From a virus (lineage: Duplodnaviria > Caudoviricetes), in IMG/VR virus record IMGVR_UViG_3300037483_000030, positions 1 through 25,206 of that record: a DNA stretch of 25,206 nucleotides; one strand, 5' to 3'. Below, one piece after another: positions 9,347-16,679 of the stretch (the first letter of the stretch is position 1; every line of letters starts with the position of its first letter). The position numbers and the translations under genes are program-made. Under the pieces are notes generated by a model. That model saw nothing but the letters and a program-made list of their open reading frames with translations, had not been told where the DNA came from and searched no databases.

Positions 9347-9955
9347 TTATTCTCGGCGTCGTAAGGCGGCTCGGTAACGATGCAAGAAATGATCCATGAT
9401 ACCACCCGGATTCTCGGGGTGTGTGAGACGTATTTCGTCGCCGACGTGACGGTAACGTAGGATCAAGAGAGCGCTCGGCGGAACATGCGGCACCGGATCG
9501 TGGCCGTTGACGTATCGTTCCACGGGGAACCTGCACCGATTAGCGAGGGCCGAGAACCCAGCGCGCGGCGATCCAAACGTAATCAGTTTGACCACGTTGA
9601 CCCCAGCGGTTTTTAATAAAGCCGCCAAGATGGTGGCCTCAGCCGCACCCTTGGAATGACCGCAGACGATGACCCGTTCGGCGGCATATACCCGTTGCAG
9701 GATGGCTGGATATGCGCTACGGGCGGACTTGAAGAACCCGATGTGGCAAAAACATTTTAGTTCCGGGGAACGCCACGGCAGGGTGCGGAGGTTACGAACC
9801 CAATCCTCGGCCTCGTCGGAACCGCCGATGGCGACGTATCTTGTACCGTCAACATCCTGAACCGCGCACTCCAAGTCTCCGATCTCGATAGGTTTAATTT
9901 CCGCGTCGTAGACGGATTGAATTAAATCGGCGGCGGTTTCGGCTTCGTCGGTCAT
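9347..9955 (-). CDS. Class 3 lipase (alpha/beta hydrolase)
   Basis: HIGF, GHSKG nucleophile elbow, TFGSPRAG, NGHDPVPHVP and C-terminal DH..Y give a Ser-Asp-His triad. Start moved to ATG 9955 (202 aa) because the longer ORF runs through the promoter region. Confidence 0.88.
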   Translation of the reverse strand: MTDEAETAADLIQSVYDAEIKPIEIGDLECAVQDVDGTRYVAIGGSDEAEDWVRNLRTLPWRSPELKCFCHIGFFKSARSAYPAILQRVYAAERVIVCGHSKGAAEATILAALLKTAGVNVVKLITFGSPRAGFSALANRCRFPVERYVNGHDPVPHVPPSALLILRYRHVGDEIRLTHPENPGGIMDHFLHRYRAALRRRE

Positions 9956-9960
9956 GGCGT

Positions 9961-9969
9961 ATTGTATCA
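9961..9969 (-). promoter_or_regulatory. Extended -10 promoter (TGnTACAAT) for the lipase gene
   Basis: Minus strand reads TGA-TACAAT-acgcc-ATG. Confidence 0.55.
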
Positions 9970-9992
9970 CGGCGCAGAAATAAAAAAAGGTG

Positions 9993-10021
9993 TTGACGTA
10001 ATGCACCGTATCGGTAATCAT
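9993..10021 (+). promoter_or_regulatory. Sigma70-type promoter for the rightward accessory operon
   Basis: A-tract (UP-like) upstream, then TTGACG, 17 bp, AATCAT (weak -10). AGGAGG SD at 10038-10043. Confidence 0.55.
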
Positions 10022-10049
10022 CGTGATATAGAAAGAAAGGAGGAACCAC

Positions 10050-10844
10050 ATGTCCGATATTTCAGTAGAAGACCTAATCACATACCGCGACGATCCAGTT
10101 AAGATGGTCGCCGATTTGTTTGGCGCAGTCCCTGATCCTCGCCAGGAAGTAATCTTGCGTGCGTTTCCGTCATCGCCACGTCTCGCAATTCAAGCTGCTG
10201 CTGGAGTTGGGACAACGGCATGTCTGGCTTGGCTGGCATGGAATTTCCTGCTGACGCGGATTGATGCCCGTATCGGCGTAACCTGCGTCCCCAATCATAA
10301 CCTGCATGAATTTTGGAATGAACTGAAAAAATGGCATGACGTTTCCGATGTTTTGCAGAACCGTTTTGAGTTCACCAGAAAATATGCGCAATCCAAGGAA
10401 CGCCCTGATATATGGCGTATGGACATGCGCCCATTGAGCGGGGCATCTACCGTCGATGAAATAAACGAGCGCCTTATCGGTGTATCTGGCGACCATATTA
10501 TGTGGATAATCGACCATGCTGAACACGCGCCATCTTTTATACTCACCATCATTAAAAGTATTTTTCAGGTGTCCGATGTCGATGCTCGTATCATTATCGG
10601 TGGGACGCCAAGCAAGCATAATGGTTCCATTCCTTACCAAGTCGCAGTGACCGAACGCGATGCTTGGAACGTCATCAAAATCACGTCTGATCCCGACTCC
10701 GCAGATCGCAGCACGCGCGTTCCCGTGGAATATGCCAGACAACAGATCGAGCAGTATGGCCGCGATTGCCCATTGGTAATTAACAACATCCTTGGAGAAT
10801 TTTTACATATCCAAGCAACGCAGAAAAATAGGCAGTCATCGTGA
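10050..10844 (+). CDS. Truncated terminase large subunit ATPase-domain paralog with degenerate Walker A/B and no nuclease domain
   Basis: TerL N-domain pattern DPV..V.DLFG..PD..Q, GVGTT (for GxGKT), LAWLAWNFLL, IIDH (for IIDE), GGTP and EYARQQIEQYGRD...ILGEF. It stops 13 codons after GEF. Confidence 0.8.
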   Translation: MSDISVEDLITYRDDPVKMVADLFGAVPDPRQEVILRAFPSSPRLAIQAAAGVGTTACLAWLAWNFLLTRIDARIGVTCVPNHNLHEFWNELKKWHDVSDVLQNRFEFTRKYAQSKERPDIWRMDMRPLSGASTVDEINERLIGVSGDHIMWIIDHAEHAPSFILTIIKSIFQVSDVDARIIIGGTPSKHNGSIPYQVAVTERDAWNVIKITSDPDSADRSTRVPVEYARQQIEQYGRDCPLVINNILGEFLHIQATQKNRQSS

Positions 10845-10867
10845 TATATAGTAGGGAGTGAAATTAA

Positions 10868-11182
10868 ATGACTGAAACATGGAAAAGTTATATTAAGAAA
10901 GAAATGAGAAAACACCGAGAAAAAATTGCAGATATCGTGGAGATGTCTGTTGAGAAACAGCGTCAATGGACATCCGATCCTTCAACTCCAATCTTGGGCA
11001 GAGAATGGATGGATGTTGAGCACCAAAACGAATACGCTCTTGTAAGGGCAGCGTCCTTCACCATATGGACATCCAAGAGGGTCTATTTCCCGGCTGGATA
11101 TGATGGCAATGTGAGTGTCGCATCCGTCTCCCGTGATCCTGACGGTATGCCTACGCCTTACGTCGGAGGGGGGTGTGAATGA
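10868..11182 (+). CDS. Hypothetical phage protein
   Basis: GGGAG SD; FTIWT..RVYFP..YDG..V.SVSRDP resembles a recurring phage protein of unknown function; ATGA-coupled to the next gene. Confidence 0.65.
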   Translation: MTETWKSYIKKEMRKHREKIADIVEMSVEKQRQWTSDPSTPILGREWMDVEHQNEYALVRAASFTIWTSKRVYFPAGYDGNVSVASVSRDPDGMPTPYVGGGCE

Positions 11183-11754
11183 CTAACATCGCAGCCGCCG
11201 ACCCGTTCACCGATGATCTCGACTCCGCCCCGGCGTATTCGCGGGCCGCATTCGATTTCTACCCGACGCCGCAGAGCATCATCAAGGTGCTGCTATCAAG
11301 GTGGCATCCGATGCGCGGGTTGGTATGGGAGCCATGCTCAGGGGATGGCCGCTTCGTCGAAGCCCTGCGCGGCGCTGGTATCGAAGTTGTCCACGGAGAC
11401 ATCCAGACCGGGGAGAATTTTTTCACCACGTCCAAGGCTCCGGCTCCGGTCATCGTGACGAACCCACCGTTTCAGCATATCAGAAAGTTCATCGACCACG
11501 CCTTCGCCATTGGCGTACAGGAGATGGCCTTGGTCGGGCCGGAGCGATTATGGGCATCCCGTGTTGGCCGTTGCCAGTTTGAGCGCCACCGTCCCTCGGT
11601 CTGGGCCAACATGGACTGGCGTGAAGATTATCTCAACAAGGGTGGTTCACCGGATCGCGCCCTAGCCGTCGGTATCTGGGGAAGCCCATGTGCGGCGACG
11701 TGTGAATTTCAGGTCTGGCCGAAGCCGGATGAACATCCGTCACTGTTTTATTGA
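11179..11754 (+). CDS. Small amino (N6-A/N4-C) DNA methyltransferase
   Basis: DFYPTP, SAM-binding motif I WEPCSGDG, catalytic motif IV IVTNPPF. Confidence 0.8.
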   Translation: MTNIAAADPFTDDLDSAPAYSRAAFDFYPTPQSIIKVLLSRWHPMRGLVWEPCSGDGRFVEALRGAGIEVVHGDIQTGENFFTTSKAPAPVIVTNPPFQHIRKFIDHAFAIGVQEMALVGPERLWASRVGRCQFERHRPSVWANMDWREDYLNKGGSPDRALAVGIWGSPCAATCEFQVWPKPDEHPSLFY

Positions 11755-11769
11755 TTTGGAGTATGAGCG

Positions 11770-12000
11770 ATGAGCAAGAAGATTGAGACGCCTGATAAAA
11801 TAGAACCTCCTGTGTTGGACCACCAAATAATTATTGGTAAGTGCGGGATACTAATCAGTGAATCCGATCTGCGCCGTATAGAAGAACTTGTTGTTGATAC
11901 GGATAACAAATTAACGGAACTTTTTGTGCAGCCGCTTATTGGCAGGGCGCTCTCAATTATACGCCGCAGGGAATTACTAAAATCGGAGCAAACGAAATGA
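11770..12000 (+). CDS. Hypothetical protein
   Basis: GGAG SD, in-operon packing, ATGA overlap with the next gene. Confidence 0.55.
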   Translation: MSKKIETPDKIEPPVLDHQIIIGKCGILISESDLRRIEELVVDTDNKLTELFVQPLIGRALSIIRRRELLKSEQTK

Positions 12001-12239
12001 GCGACCTTGTTGAACGTTTAACAAATAGCAACCCGACAGAAAGTTCGCACGAACTTGCTTGCCGATGCGGTGAAGCAGCTATCGAAATTTGTCATTCCCA
12101 AGCACTCAACACAATTCTGCTGGAGGCATTAGAAGCGTTGTGCGATGCAACTAGAATCAAGGATGACATCAAAGCCATGGGCATACGCTGCGGAATTGCC
12201 GCATCCGCCATAGCCCACGCCAAGGAGGGGATGAAATGA
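11997..12239 (+). CDS. Hypothetical protein
   Basis: GGAG SD; MSDLVERL start and LLEALE..AIAHAK end are typical of small phage accessory ORFs. Confidence 0.6.
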   Translation: MSDLVERLTNSNPTESSHELACRCGEAAIEICHSQALNTILLEALEALCDATRIKDDIKAMGIRCGIAASAIAHAKEGMK

Positions 12240-12631
12240 AGAAACATGATACTTTAGAAAACGCTCCAATAGGCGACATTCTCAAGGACATAATCAATGG
12301 CTTTGGCAATGGTAATGAAGGAGACATTGGATTGTTACCTTTTTACGATCCAGACGGAATCCTTATTGACTGCTTTCTCTATCTGCACATCGGACCAACT
12401 TGGAAAAGAGAATTTCCAATTGGTACGGCAGATGTAGTTTCCGCTGCGTTTGAAAAACTTGCTTCTGCCAATCCTATGAATAAGCCACTCGTAAGTTCTT
12501 CACGAATATTAACGGAAGCCTTTGATAAGGAGAGAACGCGCGCCAAAAAGCTGCTTGAACTGCACACTGGCTCAAGAAAAGAAGATGTTGATAAATATCT
12601 GCATTCGTTTAATCAACAACCGTTGAATTGA
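12236..12631 (+). CDS. Hypothetical protein, tandem paralog 1
   Basis: AGGAGG SD; aligns by eye with 12643..13014. Confidence 0.7.
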   Translation: MKKHDTLENAPIGDILKDIINGFGNGNEGDIGLLPFYDPDGILIDCFLYLHIGPTWKREFPIGTADVVSAAFEKLASANPMNKPLVSSSRILTEAFDKERTRAKKLLELHTGSRKEDVDKYLHSFNQQPLN

Positions 12632-12642
12632 TGGGGGATGAA

Positions 12643-13014
12643 ATGAAAACTCGAAGCGAAAACTTGGCCGACATCTTGAACGACATCGTTGATGCCATCA
12701 TTGAAAATGGAGCCTACGATACCGGGATCGTCCCGATGTGGGATGCCGACGATAAATTCTCGGACTGCCACATCATGCTGAACGCCGGGGATACATATCG
12801 TAAAGTGTTCCCCCTAAAAACGGCGGAGATTTTGGCCGTGGCATTTGAAGAAATGGGGGCCATCCAAGACGGCGCAGATCATAACGATGCTCGAAATCTC
12901 GCCGCCAATCTGCTGGAGGTTATCGGAGCGGCCAAGGAAATGATCGAGCGCCGTCCGACGATGGCCGAGGTCAAAGAGGAACACGCCCAGAAATATCTGG
13001 CGACGTTGAATTGA
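12643..13014 (+). CDS. Hypothetical protein, tandem paralog 2
   Basis: Start moved to ATG 12643, which has the same GGGGATGAAATGAA context as paralog 1; aligns with it. Confidence 0.7.
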   Translation: MKTRSENLADILNDIVDAIIENGAYDTGIVPMWDADDKFSDCHIMLNAGDTYRKVFPLKTAEILAVAFEEMGAIQDGADHNDARNLAANLLEVIGAAKEMIERRPTMAEVKEEHAQKYLATLN

Positions 13015-13021
13015 GGGAAAT

Positions 13022-13369
13022 ATGGCCGACAAAGATAAACAATGGCTATCCAATTTACGGGCGTTGGCGACCGCTGCGACCTGCCATGAATGGATTGTTG
13101 AGGAAAGCAAAAACATGGGCGAAACTTGGCCCATTGGGTCTATTATTGATTGCGGTTCAGCGGAAGGCGAAGGACAAACCTATTCTAAGTTCATCGTAAC
13201 AACTGATGGGGTTAGGGGAAGTCAGCTTAACAGCGGAAGCGCCAAAGACGATGCACAATTCATCGCAGCCATGAACCCCGTGGCAACAATCAAGCTGCTA
13301 AACATGATTGACATGCTCGTTAAAGACGCCATCACCCCCGAACGCCTAAACCTTTTGCTGAAAGGGTGA
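13022..13369 (+). CDS. Ead/Ea22-like accessory protein
   Basis: LRALATAAT..EW...DAQFIAAMNP...LL pattern; GAGG SD. Confidence 0.55.
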   Translation: MADKDKQWLSNLRALATAATCHEWIVEESKNMGETWPIGSIIDCGSAEGEGQTYSKFIVTTDGVRGSQLNSGSAKDDAQFIAAMNPVATIKLLNMIDMLVKDAITPERLNLLLKG

Positions 13370-13375
13370 TGTGAC

Positions 13376-13633
13376 ATGACCCCAGGACAAAAGAGATGGC
13401 TTGAAAAATTGCAATCCAGCGGGCGTCAGAGCCGCCCCAGATATGGGGCTTTACCGTGTAGCGTTTGCTATCGTAACGGGTGGACAAAAGCAGTTTGTAT
13501 CGACACTCAAACGGGCGAAGAAATTACAAAAGAACAATTGATCGCTCGTAAATTTGATGGCTGCCACTTCGAAGAAATTATTACAGCAGAAGGGGTAGCT
13601 GTTTTAAAAGAGAATGTAAATAATAAAGGGTGA
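13376..13633 (+). CDS. Hypothetical protein, possibly winged-helix-like
   Basis: MTPGQKRWLEKL...RNGW...ITAEG..VL; tight operon packing. Confidence 0.55.
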   Translation: MTPGQKRWLEKLQSSGRQSRPRYGALPCSVCYRNGWTKAVCIDTQTGEEITKEQLIARKFDGCHFEEIITAEGVAVLKENVNNKG

Positions 13634-13636
13634 GCT

Positions 13637-13843
13637 ATGAACAACCTCTTCATCGCAGTTGCAATCTGGTTTTCCCCGATCAATGGAGAGATAACCGAAA
13701 CCGCACTAATTGACGATACCCCCAGGTATCTTGATGAGTGCCTCAAGATCGCAAAACAGGTCAAGGGCGACGGCGCGGTCGGGGCTTGTGTGGACGTCAG
13801 GGAGTTTAAGCGAACCCCGACCGTCACAGGCGACGCATTTTAG
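13637..13843 (+). CDS. Small hypothetical protein with hydrophobic N-terminus and a Cys pair
   Basis: LFIAVAIWF, EC...ACV; operon packing. Confidence 0.5.
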   Translation: MNNLFIAVAIWFSPINGEITETALIDDTPRYLDECLKIAKQVKGDGAVGACVDVREFKRTPTVTGDAF

Positions 13844-14160
13844 CAGCCTGTCACCGCCCGGTGGGGGAAGCACCCAGCCCGTGGAACAATTCGGACACCG
13901 TTTTATGCTAAGGCTTGCAGCCATGCCACGATGTGCCATTTAGCCGAACGAAGAATATCTCTGCGCCAATGAAACGTGAAGAATGGCGTCCACACCATAG
14001 TATTGTGATCCGTCCAAGAAAATCCCCACCGCCTACGACCTGGGCTTGGATTGAACTGGATAAAACAACTCAACCACTGGAACATTATTCAGTCTCCTAA
14101 AACACCCCACTCTACCACCAAACAAAAACCCGCGCCATATTTCAGACGCTGGTTTCGTTT

Positions 14161-14237
14161 TGGTCTGAGCGGCTGGATTTGAACCAACGGCCTCCTGCAC
14201 CCAAGGCAGGCGATCTACCAGACTGATCTACGCTCAG
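14161..14237 (-). tRNA. tRNA-Pro(UGG) with encoded CCA
   Basis: 77-nt cloverleaf: acceptor CTGAGCG/CGCTCAG-A-CCA, D stem GATC/GATC, anticodon stem CCTGC/GCAGG with loop CT-TGG-GT, T arm GTTGG-TTCAAAT-CCAGC. C1:G72 and A73 are Pro identity elements. Confidence 0.96.
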
Positions 14238-14249
14238 GATGTTGGCGGG

Positions 14250-14278
14250 ATTATAGCCCCGCCATCTGGACCGTGCAT
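14250..14278 (-). promoter_or_regulatory. Sigma70 promoter of the tRNA gene
   Basis: Minus strand ATGCAC-17 bp-TATAAT, ending 12 nt before the mature tRNA 5' end. Confidence 0.7.
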
Positions 14279-14354
14279 GGGGCACGTATCCGCCGCATCT
14301 TTACTTTTAAGCCCAACTGTATTCATGCGGATATCCGGGTCATCCCGCGCAGTA

Positions 14355-15296
14355 TCAGATCGGGATTTCATCGTCTGCAACGGGTCCGCCATCGGAGCCG
14401 TCGCCACCATAGACTTCGCCGGTTTCACCGTCAATGATTTCACCGTTTCCGGGGCCGTCATACAGCGGCGGTTCCTCGGCGGGGGGCGGTGGAGTTTTCT
14501 TGGCGGCAACGGCGGCTTGGGCGCGGCTCTGGCGCTTCGGCTGCTCCGGTTCAGGCTCTGGGGTGACATCACGCATCTCAGGGGCCGTGCGCGGTGCCGG
14601 AGCCGTATCTGCGGCGACGACGTGTTCATCATCGTCGTGACCAAACAGTCCGTCCATATCCGTTGACATCGGCAGCCGTTTCGAGAGGCGGCGCATCGCG
14701 GTCTTACGGGCCATTTCATCCCACCACGTAACCCATGGACCATTGTTCGCTGCCTTGCTGACCTTGCGGACCTGTTCGACCTGGGCCTTGGTAAGGACTT
14801 CAACGTACAGCGCACCGTCATGGAGTTTTGCCATCGCAAAGACGCCGATGACTTCGCCGCGTTCAGCAAACATATTGGGTTCAAAATTCAGATGTTCGCC
14901 ATCGGAGTCCACCCAATACTTGAAGTTGTCGTTGCGATGAACGATAAGCGCCGTGATGCTGGACAGTTCGCCACTGTTGCGGAGTTTTTTCAGGATGCCT
15001 GCCATCATCGGCATGTACTGCGCCTGATTGCCAAACATCACAAACGCCGCTTCTCGACCGTCTGGTAGCAGCCCATCGGCTGCGGCCTTGTTGCAAGCCG
15101 CGTACAGTGACGTACGGTCGGCCTTCAACAGATTGGCGTTTCCGTTGATCGCGGTGGCGGCGACACGGACAAATTTTTCGGTACGTTTGTGGTCCCCGTT
15201 AAGTGCCTTCTGAAATTCAGGGGCCATAATGTTCAGGGTTCGATTGATTTCCTGCGCCGGTGTAAGCTGGCGGGATTGTTGCTGTGTGGTATTCAT
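14355..15296 (-). CDS. recT: RecT-family single-strand annealing protein
   Basis: SLYAAC.KAA.DGLLPDGREA..V.F, GILKKLRNSGEL, PWVTWWDEMARKT..RRLSKRLP; acidic tail ending DDEIPI; AGGAGG SD. Confidence 0.92.
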   Translation of the reverse strand: MNTTQQQSRQLTPAQEINRTLNIMAPEFQKALNGDHKRTEKFVRVAATAINGNANLLKADRTSLYAACNKAAADGLLPDGREAAFVMFGNQAQYMPMMAGILKKLRNSGELSSITALIVHRNDNFKYWVDSDGEHLNFEPNMFAERGEVIGVFAMAKLHDGALYVEVLTKAQVEQVRKVSKAANNGPWVTWWDEMARKTAMRRLSKRLPMSTDMDGLFGHDDDEHVVAADTAPAPRTAPEMRDVTPEPEPEQPKRQSRAQAAVAAKKTPPPPAEEPPLYDGPGNGEIIDGETGEVYGGDGSDGGPVADDEIPI

Positions 15297-15354
15297 GGTT
15301 CCTCCTAAGTGTTAGATAACGGTTAATCTGCGGAACCCGCCGTCACGCGGCGAG

Positions 15355-16392
15355 TTAATCTGTGGCGTCCGCCGGGGGTTTCGGTTTCTTCAAGGTAACG
15401 CGGAATCCGCGATACTGTTTCCGGGTGTACGCGATTTCGGCTTCGGCCACCATTCCGGCGCTGATGGAGCCGCCTTCCCATGTGACCTTTTCGGCGTCCC
15501 CGATTTCGGTGAGGATTTCCGCTTTCAGGGCGTCACGTTTGGTTTCCAGTTCTTTTATCGCGCGGCCCAGATTGGCCTGTTCGATGGCAAGGGCGGAGAC
15601 GTGATCGCTGGCCTCAACGAGTTTACCGGATTCGGCGTAGCCATGGAGCCTAAAAATAACCTCGGCATCACGCTCGAAATTCGGAACCGGTTCTTCACCG
15701 GAATCAATGCTGCGCCAGAACTCGGTGATCGCCTGTTTGATGGCATCCTGAACCACCGGGTCAGGGGTGCGTTCCGAGAGCAAGATGCGGTTGCCCCCGA
15801 CGAGGGCGGCAAGATAACATTTCTGGACACCGGACACCAACATCTGATGCTGAATCTGCATCTCGATATGGACCGGTGCTTCGATGTAATCGTCGGTGCC
15901 GTCGCGCTCGACGATCCAGCCTTCCTTGGCGATCCAGTGATCGACGTTCTTGATTTCGAGCAGGGCCGTGGGCCGCAGGCGATAGCCGTCGCACGCACAC
16001 TCAGCGCCGGGGCGGCAGGCACCCTCCTCATGGATATGGGCGCTCTTGGGATGGCCGCAGACGCAGGTTTCGTGTTCGTCGCCGATGCAGAAATCGAAAC
16101 TGGACCCAGCCCTAAGATCGCCGAGAATAGCAAACTCGTCCATGCGGCGGACCTTCCAGCCGTTGTCCTCGGCAACGCCCATGGCAATGGCGTCTTGCAG
16201 CCGAGTACCCCAGCGGGTGCGCTCCGATTCCTCGAACGCCGAATCCAGCCGACCAGCCTTGCGGTGCCACAACTCAAACGCCGTCATATACGGCGACTGA
16301 TCGAACAGCGCCGCGACTTCGGTTGATGTCAACACGGTCGTTCTGAGATCGAGCCAGTGGGCCTCGTCGCGCGGGGTGATGAAGGTGGTCAT
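15355..16392 (-). CDS. YqaJ / lambda-exonuclease-family recombination nuclease
   Basis: W...R...LTSTEVAAL...SPY.T.FELW..K, SSFD, LLEIKN, QIQHQMLVSG; paired with RecT. Confidence 0.92.
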   Translation of the reverse strand: MTTFITPRDEAHWLDLRTTVLTSTEVAALFDQSPYMTAFELWHRKAGRLDSAFEESERTRWGTRLQDAIAMGVAEDNGWKVRRMDEFAILGDLRAGSSFDFCIGDEHETCVCGHPKSAHIHEEGACRPGAECACDGYRLRPTALLEIKNVDHWIAKEGWIVERDGTDDYIEAPVHIEMQIQHQMLVSGVQKCYLAALVGGNRILLSERTPDPVVQDAIKQAITEFWRSIDSGEEPVPNFERDAEVIFRLHGYAESGKLVEASDHVSALAIEQANLGRAIKELETKRDALKAEILTEIGDAEKVTWEGGSISAGMVAEAEIAYTRKQYRGFRVTLKKPKPPADATD

Positions 16393-16604
16393 ATCACGTA
16401 TCCTTCCGGGTATTTAGTGGTAAGGGCGCGATAATCTGGAGATGCTTTTTCACCACAAGACTTACAAATCATCGTTGGTATGACGTTTTCATGGAAATTG
16501 GAATCGTCGTATCCACCCCCCTTTTGTTCATGGCCGCAGTGTTCGCATTCGTAGATCGCGGTGAAGTCACGGCGATGTTGGCTTACGATCTGTTTTATTT
16601 TCAT
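16389..16604 (-). CDS. Small zinc-ribbon protein
   Basis: CEHC and CKSC; GGAGG SD; ATGA-coupled to the exonuclease. Confidence 0.75.
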   Translation of the reverse strand: MKIKQIVSQHRRDFTAIYECEHCGHEQKGGGYDDSNFHENVIPTMICKSCGEKASPDYRALTTKYPEGYVI

Positions 16605-16635
16605 TTCTCTGTTCCTCCAAACAAATTACACGATC

Positions 16636-16664
16636 ACTATATATACCGTCTTGACGGTTGTCAA
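16636..16664 (-). promoter_or_regulatory. Leftward sigma70 promoter (recombination operon)
   Basis: Minus strand TTGACA-17 bp-TATAGT. Confidence 0.82.
16645..16658. promoter_or_regulatory. Palindromic operator candidate ACCGTC-TT-GACGGT
   Basis: Perfect 6-bp inverted repeat in the leftward promoter spacer, covering the rightward -35. Confidence 0.6.
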
Positions 16665-16679
16665 TATGCACCGTATGAT
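16651..16679 (+). promoter_or_regulatory. Rightward sigma70 promoter (replication operon)
   Basis: TTGACG-17 bp-TATGAT, followed by an AGGAGG SD at 16698. Confidence 0.82.

Noticed and set aside
10050-10844. Functional terminase large subunit, or a frameshifted terL
   Set aside because: The Walker A Lys and Walker B Glu are absent, and the downstream ORFs show no RNase H-like nuclease motifs.
13844-14160. Small ORF 13915..14100, an ncRNA, or a terminator downstream of the tRNA
   Set aside because: No convincing SD or motif, and the hairpins (including about 14124-14160) are short or mismatched.
14161-14237. tRNA as a prophage attachment site or host boundary
   Set aside because: Phage genes lie on both sides, no integrase is adjacent and no duplicated tRNA 3' end was seen.
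15312-15353. Remnant alternative exonuclease C-terminus (SPRDGGFRRLTVI) in the recT spacer
   Set aside because: The resemblance to YRGFRVT is too short to distinguish from chance, and no frameshift signal was seen.
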